DNA of 64,000 nt from Patellaria atrata CBS 101060 (taxonomy: Eukaryota): NCBI GenBank assembly GCA_010093705.1, contig MU006090.1, positions 1,701,817 through 1,765,816 on the forward strand, given 5' to 3'. This document shows positions 38,339-50,669 of this stretch, piece after piece. Under the pieces are notes generated by a model. The model ran no database searches. It was not told the origin of the DNA and saw only the letters and a program-made list of their open reading frames with translations. The stretch's first letter is position 1. Every line of letters starts with the position of its first letter. The position numbers and the translations under genes are program-made.

Positions 38339-40228
38339 TCACTAAAAAGATGTTAGCATAGAATTTTGAACTTGACCATCGGATTACGAACAATGATCTC
38401 ATCTTCCATGCCAGTATCGCCACCATTAGTACCTTGGATATTTCCACCACTGTTGTCAGTTGCCATTCCGGTGTTGGGATCACCAGTGGTATCCACAAAG
38501 TAGTCCTGCATTTCTGCATCTAACTCTTCTGCGGTCTTGGGCTTTCCTCGGCCGGTGTTGCGGCCGCGGGTGGCTTTGCTCTTACCGCGGGTCTTACCAG
38601 TCGACTTAGTAACAGTCGCGGGCTTCGGCTGGGCCTTGTCCTTCTTGGGAGCTCTGATAGACCTATTAGATACGTCTTTATGAAATCAATGATGAGAGAC
38701 CTACTGTATTCGCTCCGCGAGTGTCTTCGGTGCTTGTGGAGCCGGGGCATCCTTTGCACTAAGGATCACCTCGATCTAGGCACAAAAATTAGAAAGAGGT
38801 TCCAGTAACGACTTGGACCATCCCGAACCTTCATTGGACGACCGTCAACCTTCACACCATCAAGGGTCTTTGCGGCTTCGGCAGCAAGAGTCGCCTTGGC
38901 GAAAATGATTGTCGAGACGCCGCGGCTCTGGCCATTAGGACCATAGGTAAGAAGCACCTTCTTGACTGGTCCAATAGTCTTGCTGAAATAGTCCTATAGG
39001 GAAGAAGGGTTGGATTAGTCCATAGTCCCCAGAAGTTAACGGATGTAAATTCAAGCGATCAATCAGAACGGTATCCTTCTTCAACTACAAGGCCACCGAG
39101 GAACAAGTAAAGTCGAACCAGGAAACGTAAGCACCACGCCATCGGCATAGCAGAAGGTCAGCGAGACAGCAGTGAACGTTAGTAAGCTCAAACATAGATA
39201 TTCAAGTCCGTGGGAGTTTTACTATAAAGTTAGTTTCCCAAAGTTTCAATGAGTTGTTATCGTAGAGAGGGTCGGCAAGGAATCCTTATATGCAGAATGG
39301 GATAGCTCCGTGGAATAGATAGCATTTCCAGTTTGCCGATGCTAAGAGAAGCCCAGAGACTGTGGTCGAGACATTGTACACATACTTTGAACCGCTTGAG
39401 ATGGCTGCCAGTGCTTTGTGTTGGTGTAAGCTTATTCGAATGGTTCCGGCTAGTAGAAGCGATATTGTTGGCTTTTTTCCGTGCTTGAATTTTCGAGGCC
39501 GGTTCTAGAGATATCCTAGGAAGCTATGTTCACTGCTGCGCTCGCTGATGCTAATGCTATCACAATAAAGGGTATTATGAGCCGGTTCACCCGTAGCGCC
39601 ACAGATACAAATCGCATATCTCTTTGACAATATCACACGTCGGCTTCTAAATGGAGCGGTCGTGCTTGCCAGGCACCCTGACTCTCAGATAGTTATTGCC
39701 AGACGATCGACATGCTCTCGATCCATGCATTCATCTTGCCTAAAAAGTGGCAGGCGAAAATGATGGAGAAAGGCTTGTTGTCATAATATGCTCAGAGTTG
39801 TTCGTAAAATAGATACGTTGGTATCCGCTTCATAGAAAGAGTAGACACCGTCCATGAAAAGAAGCTCTCAGGGGTGATTGCGAGGAAGTCCAAGGCTAAA
39901 CGGCCTTCGCGTCTTAACATACCTTGATTTGGGTCTCGGACACGTCTGTCGGCTGTTGAGAATTAGCAAGATGCCTATTGATATTAGATACCTGGTCACT
40001 TACAAGATTGGAGACAATTATCTTGCTGTCACCAGATGCGGCTGGGCCGGTTGGCACAGAGGCTTTGGCACCGGATTTGGAATTCTTTAGCGATTTCCTG
40101 ACTCCTCCAATTGGGGTTGTGATAGACACTTGTGTTTTGCCATCAGCGCCGGCACGGCGGGAACGCTGACGACGAGCGCGGCGGCTGCTGACGATATCGT
40201 CAAGCGACTTGTCTAATTTTCCCGACAT
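38339..40228 (-). CDS. YRA1: mRNA export adaptor Yra1/ALYREF (REF-N, RRM, REF-C)
   Basis: MSGKLDKSLDDI, SKIIVSNL|PTDVSETQIK|DYFSKTIG, EELDAEMQDYF. Exons 40228-40004, 39952-39923, 38993-38829, 38775-38705, 38653-38392, 38341-38339; 929-nt second intron. Confidence 0.92.
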
Positions 40229-40816
40229 TGTTGAGGAATGGTTGACTGGTGTAAGGTCTGAGGATTTCAAGTTGAGTTACGCAACAAGACCGGAAAGCGT
40301 GCTAGTAGTCACGCGTGTGTGAGATTAGATGGAAGTGTGAGGTGAGTCTTAGGAAGGTTTTCGGCAACGCGTCAAGTGAGCTCTTTCGGGGACGATGATG
40401 AGCTACTGGATGGCGATTTCGCGCGAAACCAACTAAGCGGCAGAAAAGTAAAGTCAAAGTTGACCTAGAAAACAGGAAAGAAGATATCTGATGGGTTTTG
40501 TCTCTTCTAGAGGAGTTGTCGATGAACAAGCAAATGATTGTAGCCTTGCTTGTTTGCGAAGAGTGATGTTGGAAGAAAGAAAGAAGTGAGAGAGAGGGCA
40601 GACACGGAGAACGCAAATGGAAGCGGGTAACGCACGGACCATAAACCAGGCACCACCTGAATGCCGGTCTTGGCACCGCGCTGGACGGACGCTAGACCGT
40701 GCGCGGTGACATATGGATGGGACACCAGGAGCTCCAGCTTTAAGGTAGCGATCATTGTGAATACATACGGATTTACGCTTTAGATATTTGTCTGCGTCTC
40801 GACATGGCTAGATGAA

Positions 40817-43800
40817 ATGGCATTGGCGTCGGTATACATTCCCCTTACCCTGACAATTTGATAATAGTCCTAACATAGCTCTTAGTGGAAAGCATTCAAG
40901 TTCTTCGACGTCTCCCAGGTCAAGCTCCCAGATGACGAGAGCTCTTCCCTTTTCGCCGTATGGAAAGTCTCTGATTATGCCATAAAGCATTGCTGATACG
41001 ATGTAGCAAGGCAATATAACATGCATTGCCTCTGGTTCCGATAATGTCTTCTTCGGAAGCGCTGATGGTGTTATTCGAATACTGTCTAAAGCGTTTAAGA
41101 TCGTTCGGTCCTTCAAGGCACACGAAACCGGCTCGATCAATCACATAAAGCAAGTACAAGATACATCACTACTCGTAACTATTGCGGAGGATCTTTCCAA
41201 TGAGCCAATACTGAAGGTTTGGGCTTTGGATAAGCTTGAGAAAAAGACTGGGATACCAAGATGTCAGAGTACTTTGACTATACATAATGGACGCAAGCAG
41301 TTTCCGGTAATAGAAAGCTTCCTTATAAACACTTCCATCACTCATTTATCTTTCTCTAGGTCTCAGCATTCGCTGCTCTTGAAGATTTATCACAATTAGC
41401 GGTTGGCTTTGCAAATGGTACGGTAACTGTTATTCGAGGAGATCTGATTCATGATCGAGGCGCAAAGCAGCGTACTGTCTTTGAATCCAGCGAACCTATT
41501 ACCGGAATTACCTTTCGGGAAGGTAACATCACTACTCTTTACATTGCTACGACAGGGCGCATATCAACGCTTGTGATCTCTGGCCGTGGTCAAGGGCAGC
41601 CGGCAAAATCTCTAGAAGAAACAGGATGTGGTGTTGGATGCATGACAGTAGACAAAAATTCAAATGATATAGTTATTGCAAGAGATGATGCGATATACTA
41701 CTATGGATTAAACGGACGGGGACCGGTCATTCCAATGGAAGGCCCCAAGCAATCGATAACCATCTTTGGCGACTACCTAACCGTTCTATCTCCTCCTAAG
41801 ACGAATTCTGTTGCAAAAACAGGCGTATTCAGATCGTTCGGAAATGCCCGTGCCGATGACCCCTTTGAGACCTCTGCATTCACGATTCTAAATCCTGACT
41901 TAAAACTCATTGCTCACCAGGAGACATTATCTTCCAGGGTTAGACACATGTTCATTGAATGGGGTGATCTGTTCATTATTACAACAGATAACAAGGTTGG
42001 TCTAGTATATGAATACACTATTTACTTGCACTGAACGATCTCAGTTATTCAGATACCACGAGAAGACCTTTCAGCAGCAACTAGACCTATTATACCAACG
42101 TAATCTCTATGTCTACGCGATAAATATGGCGCAGAAAAGGAGCGTTGATGATCTTCAACGGAACGTCATCCTACGGAAGTATGGCGACTACCTATATTCT
42201 AAGCAAGATTATGATACCGCGATGCAGCAGTATCTTAAGGCTATCGATAATACTGAACCTTCTCAAGTCATAAGAAAAGTAACCTTACCCGTACTATAAA
42301 CCAAGTACCGTGCTAACGTGGAAATAGTACCTTGATACTCAACGAATTCATAATCTAATTGAATACTTAGAGGAGCTGCATGATCACCATCGAGCGACTT
42401 CTGACCATACAACCCTCCTCCTAAATTGTTACGCAAAGCTAAAGGATGTTGATAAGCTTGAACAATTTATAAAATCCCCCGATGACCTAAAGTTTGATCT
42501 AGACACTGCGATATCCATGTGCCGGCAGGGAGGATATAATAATCAAGCTGCATATCTTGCACGTAAACATAATGAACATGAACTAGTTGTAGACATTCTT
42601 ATCGAGGATTCATACAGATACGCAGAGGCTTTAGCATATATCTGGCGGCTAGAGCCGGAAATTGTAGGCTCTCTCCCGTCCTGACATCTATGCGTCGCTC
42701 ACAACTATTTCAGGCATATCCTAACTTGATGAAATATGCGACTGTTCTTCTTGAACATTGCTCCAAAGACACCACTCAACTCTTCATTGACTATTACACA
42801 GGACAGTTTAAACCTAGGAAAGATGCCGTTATTGTGCCGAATGCGCCTAGTTCCGAAGGGATAGGGGGTTTGGGTATGGGAATTGGGATGGCCTCTACTG
42901 CCGTGCAAAATCTTGCTGCGCTTCTTCCTCTCCCATATATGAATACAAGTGCTGTTGAGACTCCCGCTTCGACGGAAAATCAGCAGACGACTCTTAGCCA
43001 AGCACAGATAATCGAGACAGAAGCGGATGAACCACCTAGGAAATACAAAATACCCAAACCTCGTACCGCTTTCTCTGCTTTTGTCGATCATCCTCAAGAG
43101 CTTATCACTTTCTTGGAAGCGTGTTTGAAGTCAGAACAGCTCAGTGACGACGACAAGGTGAACCTATATACGACGCTGTTCGAAATGTATTTGCACATGG
43201 CAAATAGTAAGACTAGAAGTGGTAATGAGGAATGGGAAGTCAAAGCAAAACGCTTGATCGAAGGCAAAGACGTGAGTTTCCCTACTATTATCATATCAAC
43301 CAACAGTTAATCATGGATAGATACCGATCGATACATCCAACGTGCTCTTGCTATCCCACTTAGAAAACTTCCGCGATGGCTCCATCCTCGTCCGTGAACA
43401 GCAAGGCCTCCGCTTCGACATCTTCCGCTCCTATACTTCTGCAAAAGACACCCCCGGCGCCATCAGAGCGCTTCGCAAATACGGCCCCGAAGAACCACAA
43501 CTCTACCCCGCAGCCCTCGCCTACTTCACCTCCAGCCCGCAGATCCTAGCAGAAGCAGGCGACGAGCTCGACTTCGTACTTAAAAAAATCGACGACGACG
43601 GTCTAATGGCACCACTACAAGTGATCCAAACCCTCAGCACCAACGGCGTCGCCACAATGGGCATGATTAAAAAATACCTCTCCACCACAATCGAGCGAGA
43701 AAAACAAGAAATCAGCAATAACCGCAAACTGATCGAGACCTTCCGCGCCGACACGGCTTCTAAACTTAAGGAACTGGAAGACTTGCAGACTAAACCCGCC

Positions 43801-44106
43801 GCTTTCACCGCCACCCGCTGTAGCTCCTGCGGCTACCAGCTCGATCTCCCCACCGTGCATTTTTTGTGCAAACATAGTTTTCATCAGCGCTGTCTTAATG
43901 CGCCGCCCGAGGGGATGGAGGATGTGGAGTGTCCGATCGACGCGCAGCAGAATGCGCTTGTCAGGACGCTGAGGAAGGCCCAGGAGGAGAGTGCTGCGCG
44001 CCATGATTTGTTTCTTGATGCCTTGGGGAGGAGTTCGGATCGGTTTGGTACGGTCAGTGAGTGGTTTGGCAGGTGCGTTATGAGTGTTCCTGGCGTGGAG
44101 CAGTAG
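40817..44106 (+). CDS. VPS11: Class C vacuolar sorting protein Vps11/Pep5 (beta-propeller, clathrin repeat, RING-H2)
   Basis: MALAS|WKAFKFF, RGDLIHDRG, YGDYLY..EPSQVIRK, DHTTLLLNCYAKLKD, LDLPTVHFLCKHSFHQRC; multiple short introns. Confidence 0.94.
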
Positions 44107-44910
44107 GTATGTGGTTTGTGCTGTGAGGGAGTCTGGGGTCTTGTACCTGTACTGTATAAAGGAGAACCGAATAAGATCGAAATATGAGTAGGAAGTGTAG
44201 TTATTGATAACTTTTATTCCGTGTCAGAGTGTACAGTATGGCATGTATCCTGTGTTGTACTGTAACATAGCATAACCCACGAACGAGCCCTACTTCGACA
44301 AAGGCGATATGGCACAGAGGCTTTACTGTACCTGTATACTGAAGATGCTGGGCTAGTGGTACTGTACTCTTGATCGACAAATCTGAAGTAGATCTCAAGG
44401 GTACCTTTGTCTGTACGGTATATCTAGTTTACTGTACTGTACGTACAGCGACCAAGTGCCGCCTACCTTATGATTCCAGAGTGTCGAATCTTTTTGTTCC
44501 CATCAGAAGTTCGTGCGGTATCTTTAGGAACTCCGTCTCGAAGGTAGAGATTGTCCGGTCCATCTCCTAGAGCCATAAAACTTCTACCCATCCCGCACTT
44601 CTTCTAGGTAGTAGGAGCATCAAGCTTGCAGTGCGCTCACGATGAACAAGGCTTCAACCTTGAGAGTCCCAAGCAAACAGCAAATAGTAACTCATCATCA
44701 CCAAGCAATGTGAGAAGTAAAATAGGCGTAAACATGCATATTATTCTTCATTTATAATAATTCCTCAAACCGACAACACAGCGGACAATTGATTTTTCCG
44801 AACCACCAAGGTTGCAAATCTGCAACAAAACTCCTCGTCCGAATGGTGCCCGCGGCACAGGAGAAACAATACCTATAGCTCAACTTACTTTATTTCCTCT
44901 CCTCTCGGTC

Positions 44911-47119
44911 TTACATGCTAACCTCCACTCTACCCTCAGTACCGGGCGGTCCGCTGGCCAAGTTGGGCAGGAGGTAAGTGATATCGTCCCAGGGATGCCT
45001 GTAAAGGCCTGTCCTCAACCTCTTCTGATCCAAGAAATGGGCGATGAGACCGATACTCCTACCCAGGACGAAGAGGCCGTTGAGCACGCCCATCTTGAGG
45101 TAATCTTCCGCTTCTTCTGGGGAGAAGGCGCCGCAGTTGCGGAGGAGGTCGACGAAGGAGACGGCGATGCAGCCATCGACGTTGAGGATGAGATTGTCTT
45201 TCTTGGAAGTGGTGACCGTTTCGACGGCGATGGCGTAGTCGAGAAGCTTGGTGTTGGGGAAGTTCTTGTGGACGAATTCTTTGACAAGCTCGACACGGAG
45301 ATCGGGGTTGTTGCGGGATTTGACTCTGTGGCCGATACCAGGGACTAGGGAATAGATTAGCGAGATGAAGCATTTTCTTAGAATCGAATGGACATACTAA
45401 GCTTGTTCTCCTTCCTCATAGTGTCGACGAAGTCACGTGGGCTGAGACCCTTGTCGTATGCTCGGGTGAACTCCTCCGCGGCACCATCCAAAGCGCCACC
45501 GAATCGGGATCCGATAGTCAACAGACCGCTGACCAAAGCAGAGATTAGATCTTTGCCGGCTCTGGTAGTGATGATGGTATTCATCGCGCCAGACACGGCC
45601 GGACCGTGATCAGCCGTCAACATGAGCACCATCTCGAGGAAGCGGCTGGCATAATCTGGGAGACGTCGGCGGAACCACAGGAGGGACATAACACCTCCGA
45701 TTCCAATGTTCTCCTTGAAAACATCGGAGATGGGCATACCAGCGTACAGCAATTCTTGGCCACGGTCATCGGAGATGGTGGAAATGAAAGCTGCTGGCTT
45801 TCGGATGAGCCCGAGCTCTTGTGCCCACGAGTAATCGATGGGAATCTTGGGAACAGCAGGCTCCGGCTTTGGTTTGATAGTGCCATCTTTGAGCAGTTTC
45901 TGGTATACCTGCGCCAACATCTGCGGCATTTCTTCGAAGGTGTCAGGGACGAAGAAACCGGCTTCCTTCATCGACTTGTTCTTCGCCGCCGCAGTTTCCA
46001 ATTGTGAATTGGCGAATGAACCAGCATGGCCGAATTGTACCTCAGTCTTCAACATGGAAGCAACCGTACCAATGGCCCAAGCAACGATTGGCTTGGTGAT
46101 CTGGCCAGACTTCACGGCATCAATGACGCGGTATTCTTCAACACCACCAACTTCACCAAGCAGAAGCAGGACTTTACACTCTGGATCTGCCTGATATCGC
46201 AGCATATGGTCGATGAAGGTTGTTCCCGGGTATCTGTCACCGCCAATGGCAACACCCTCGTACACGCCGTCCGTAGTGTTTGCAATAATGTTGTTCAGCT
46301 CATTTGACATACCACCAGATTTTGAAACGTATGCTACGGAACCAGGTCGATAAAGCTTGGAGGCTACAATGTTATCCATCATACCACCGGTATTACCGAT
46401 CTTATAGCACCCGGGTTTGATACCACCGACGGTAGCAGGGCCAATAATGGTAATACCCTTCTTCTTGGCGACATGTAGGATCTCACGAGCGCGCCTCTCG
46501 GGGACACCTTCAGCAATGATGGCAATTGACTTGATTTGCGGGTATTCCATTAGCTCCATAGTCGATTGGTAGACACTACGTGACGACGCAAAGTTGACAA
46601 CGGTATCGACGTCAGAATGCTTAGCCATAGCCTTCTCGACTGATTGGTATACGGGTAATAGAGTTTCGCTCGTACCCCAGTACCTGCAAAATTGTCAATT
46701 GCCTATCCCACATTTCGAGAGTTGGCGGTGAGTGCAGTAAAGCTTACATTTTGCTGACGAATTGTCCACCAAAAGTGTAAATAATGCCCGCGACGGACGG
46801 AGTCTTGCGCTTGCAGATGAAATCGAAGTCGAGCATTCCCTGCACCGCTCTCGGTTGGAGACCACTGTCGAACGAACACTGTCAGCGGATGTTTTCTTTT
46901 TGTGCGAGTTGGTACTTTCTACTGCTGTTTGGGGAAACCCTACTAGACGAAGCATCGTGTCTTATTATGGAAGAGTGTATGTTCAGCGCGAGGGCTCAAT
47001 GGCCGACTTGGAGCTGCGAAACGGCGAATATTGTCGTTGGCAGAGAGACCACCATCCGTTGAGGTACCTAAGGTAGTGCCATTGGGCGTGCCGTTGGTTT
47101 CGGGGACTGCGGAGGGCAT
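44911..47119 (-). CDS. ACL1: ATP-citrate lyase subunit 1 (catalytic His, citrate-synthase-like C-terminus)
   Basis: [54 protein letters not shown]. Exons 47119-46944, 46864-46748, 46683-45398, 45344-44911. Confidence 0.97.
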
Positions 47120-48660
47120 TTTGGATTTTGTTGCGGGATGCGACGGTATTTAAGGAGGGATGAATTACTCTATCACGGGAAATTTTTTATCAGTTATCTT
47201 TACGGGTTTCAAAGAATTGTTGCGGTGAGAAGTCGCATGAGCCAAAAACCGAAGCTCGGAAAGGTGTAATCGCTGGTGTCCCTTGCTAGAAGAAACAGAT
47301 ATGGAAGGATTTAGGGCAAACTCACAGATGACGATGTCGTCGCAAGACAACAGGAAGAAGATTATTCGATTAAAGAAAACGCAGCAGAGTAAAGAGTAGA
47401 AAGTTGAGATTGAGGTGACGCTGGTTGACAAATTTGGGCGGTGATCAGTGTAAGGGGTTTGTGTGTCCCGTCGTATCGGTGTTGAGCTTCTCTTCTTCCT
47501 TCTTGCAGGCAAGAGGGTCACCAGCACCCTTGGTCTTCCCCAATGTTTTTTTTACCGCAACAAAGTACGTGGGGCTTGGTACGGCCGCTAAAACCGGGGT
47601 GGACTTGGTGTCTTTTGGTGGGATACTGGGGGCCCGAGGTTGGTGGGGTGGGCGACTGGGGCGTGTGCACTCGCCTGTCAAGCTTGCACCAAGTTGCCCT
47701 GGGTACTCTGCCGGTGTGTTGGGGAGCCGTGCGAGATGACGGCTTGCTTGCAGAACTCGGTGTAAATCGCGAATTTATCAATTTCCGGATGTCTAAATTG
47801 AAAGTATCCAACGATAACTGATTATATGCCGATTATCTACGCCGATAAGAGTGAAGAATGATGTTGAAAAGTCCAAGTTGTACTGAACGACGAAAAGGGC
47901 CAGAGTAGAGTTCTGTGAGACCAACCCGGCCGATTTTTGTGCCTGAATGTCCAAATTAGCGGCGTCTTGTTGATCCTCAACCACTTCAACTTTGACAAGT
48001 CACTCCGCTTTTTCGATTCAAGAGTTGAATGAGGACGACGGGACGTAACCGTGAGCAAAATAGTGAGAACCCAACCAGAATAGCAAAAGTTACTCGCTTA
48101 CCGGCATTGGACCCTCATCATTCACTTGGCTCAGGTCCAGCAGCTCACCGAAATAATCGCTACTCCACCATCAACGACCATTCCACCTTCCTCTGCTGTG
48201 GAATAATTTTCAATTACCACCTCTTCAATTGTTTATCTTCCTTACTCTTTACAGCTTCGTTCATTTACCACCTCGAAACTCGCATCCCGCTGTCTTCGGT
48301 GGTGTAGCTCAAAACTAGCACCTGCAGGTAAGATACCTCCAAAAGTCACAACACCATCTTTTCCTCGGATCGCTATACAGAGGGGCCGGGACTTTAATGA
48401 AAACCCGACGTCTTCGGAAAACATAATCTAAATCATGCCAAATGATCTATTTCCGGCAATTCAGTCGCATTCTCGATTAGGCTTCGGGTTTGATTATTTT
48501 CGTTGCGTCAACCTGCGCATTCCGATTGTCAAGTGTTTGCGTAGCGGATTCACATTCTAGCTATGAGATCCGTCATTCAGCCACCGTCAGCTTTTTAAGC
48601 AAATAGAGAAAAATCATACTCACAAGTCTTGCGCCCAGATTCTACTCTCTCCCATCGACA
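47120..48660. promoter_or_regulatory. Bidirectional ACL1/ACL2 promoter, with a probable 5'-UTR intron on each side
   Basis: Divergent ATGs 1.54 kb apart. Minus-strand intron 47170-47325 (GTGAGT..CTGAT..TAG); plus-strand intron 48328-48638 (GTAAGA..CTCAC..CAG). Confidence 0.7.
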
Positions 48661-50669
48661 ATGTCCGCCAAAGCGATACTCGAAGCAGACGGCAAGGCCA
48701 TCCTCAACTACCATCTCACACGAGCTCCTGTTATCAAGCCGACTCCTCTTCCTGTTTCCGCGACCCACAATCCTGCGCCGAAACTCGCATCTCTCAACTT
48801 TCCAGATGACCAGGATGTAAACGCAGTCCTTGACCAGGCGGAAACGACTTATCCCTGGTTGCTAGCAAGAGATGCGAAATTTGTTGCAAAGCCAGATCAA
48901 TTGATCAAACGACGTGGAAAAGCCGGTCTCCTATGTCTGAACAAATCCTGGGCAGAATGTAGAACGTGGATCGAGGGAAGAGCGAAGAAAGTGCAGCGCG
49001 TAGAGACAGTTGATGGTATCCTACGCAATTTCTTGGTCGAGCCATTCGTACCGCATCCTTCAGATACCGAGTATTATATTAATATCAACTCTGTACGAGA
49101 GGTACGTAGCTCGCCATTTCATTATTTGTCAGATCCCAAGAAAAGGAGAAGTCGTGATCAGACGAGCGATGAGAATGATTCGATCTTCTCTGGCTCGAAT
49201 CTCATAGACCGGAGATTTGCTTCGAGTTTCTGAATTTGGAGAGGAATGAGTGTAATATCTTGAAAAGTATGGATGCAGTTCCGAGTTTTGATGGCTCGGC
49301 GCCGGCTTTATGCTACGGGCGAAGGGAGATACAGCAGGCCCACATCTAACCCTTTCATAAGCTGGTTGGAAAAGTGTTTCCAGAACAATTGTACCTGCAT
49401 GTTCCTTCGCTTCTACCCGAGATCTAGTTAACCATACCGTCTACTGGGATATGAGATTCCCAGAGATCCGTTTTTTATTATTTGGAGGCTCTACTCCACC
49501 ACGCCGCTCAATGCCAAGACTCAATGCTAATATTACTCGATAGGGCGACTGGATCTTATTCACGCACGAAGGTGGTGTTGATGTCGGTGATGTCGATGAA
49601 AAGGCAGAGAAGCTCCTTGTCCCAGTCGATCTTTCACAATACCCTTCCAATGATGAGATCGCCGCTACGCTACTGAAGAAAGTACCCAAGGGCATCCACA
49701 ACGTGCTCGTCGATTTCATCTCAAGACTATACGCAGTCTTTGTTGACTGTCAATTCACGTAAGTTGTCATTGTGTGTTTGCTCTATTCCTAATCACTGAG
49801 TCTTAACTGTCCAGATATCTCGAGATCAACCCTCTTGTCGTCATTCCCAACGCCGATGCCACCTCAGCTGAAGTTCACTTTCTCGATCTTGCTGCAAAGC
49901 TTGATCAAACAGCTGAGTTCGAATGCGGCGTGAAATGGGCTATTGCCCGTAGCGCCACTGCCCTCGGCCTAGCCGTGGTTAAGCCAAGGGACGGCAAGGT
50001 CACCATCGATGCTGGACCTCCAATTGAATTCCCAGCTCCTTTCGGCCGCGAGTTAAGTAAAGAGGAAGCGTACATCGCTGAGATGGATGCTAAGACCGGT
50101 GCTTCGTTGAAGTTGACTATCCTGAACCCTAAGGGCCGCGTCTGGACCTTGGTCGCTGGTGGTGGTGCTTCCGTTGTTTACGCTGATGCTATTGCTTCTG
50201 CTGGCTTCGCTGGAGAATTAGCCAACTACGGTGAGTATTCTGGAGCTCCTAGCGAGACTCAGACCTTCCACTATGCTCGAACAGTCCTCGACCTCATGTT
50301 CCGCTCCCCGAATCACCCTGAGGGCAAGGTTCTCTTCATCGGTGGTGGTATCGCTAACTTCACCAATGTAAGTTGTGTACTTCAAATCCATTCAAATATA
50401 TATTTTAATAAATTCTCTAGGTTGCTTCTACATTCAAGGGTGTGATCCGCGCTCTCAGAGAAGTCGCTCCTCTTCTCATTGAGCATAAGGTGCAAATCTG
50501 GGTTCGTCGCGCTGGACCTAATTACCAAGAAGGTCTTAAGAATATTCAAGCTGTAGGCAAGGAACTCGAACTTGACATGCACGTCTATGGCCCAGAGATG
50601 CACGTCAGCGGGATTGTGCCCCTTGCCTTGACCGGTAAGCAATCGGATATCAAGGAGTTCAGTGGTTAG
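48661..50669 (+). CDS. ACL2: ATP-citrate lyase subunit 2 (ATP-grasp/citrate-binding)
   Basis: [55 protein letters not shown]. Exons 48661-49101, 49544-49758, 49815-50367, 50421-50669. Confidence 0.97.
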
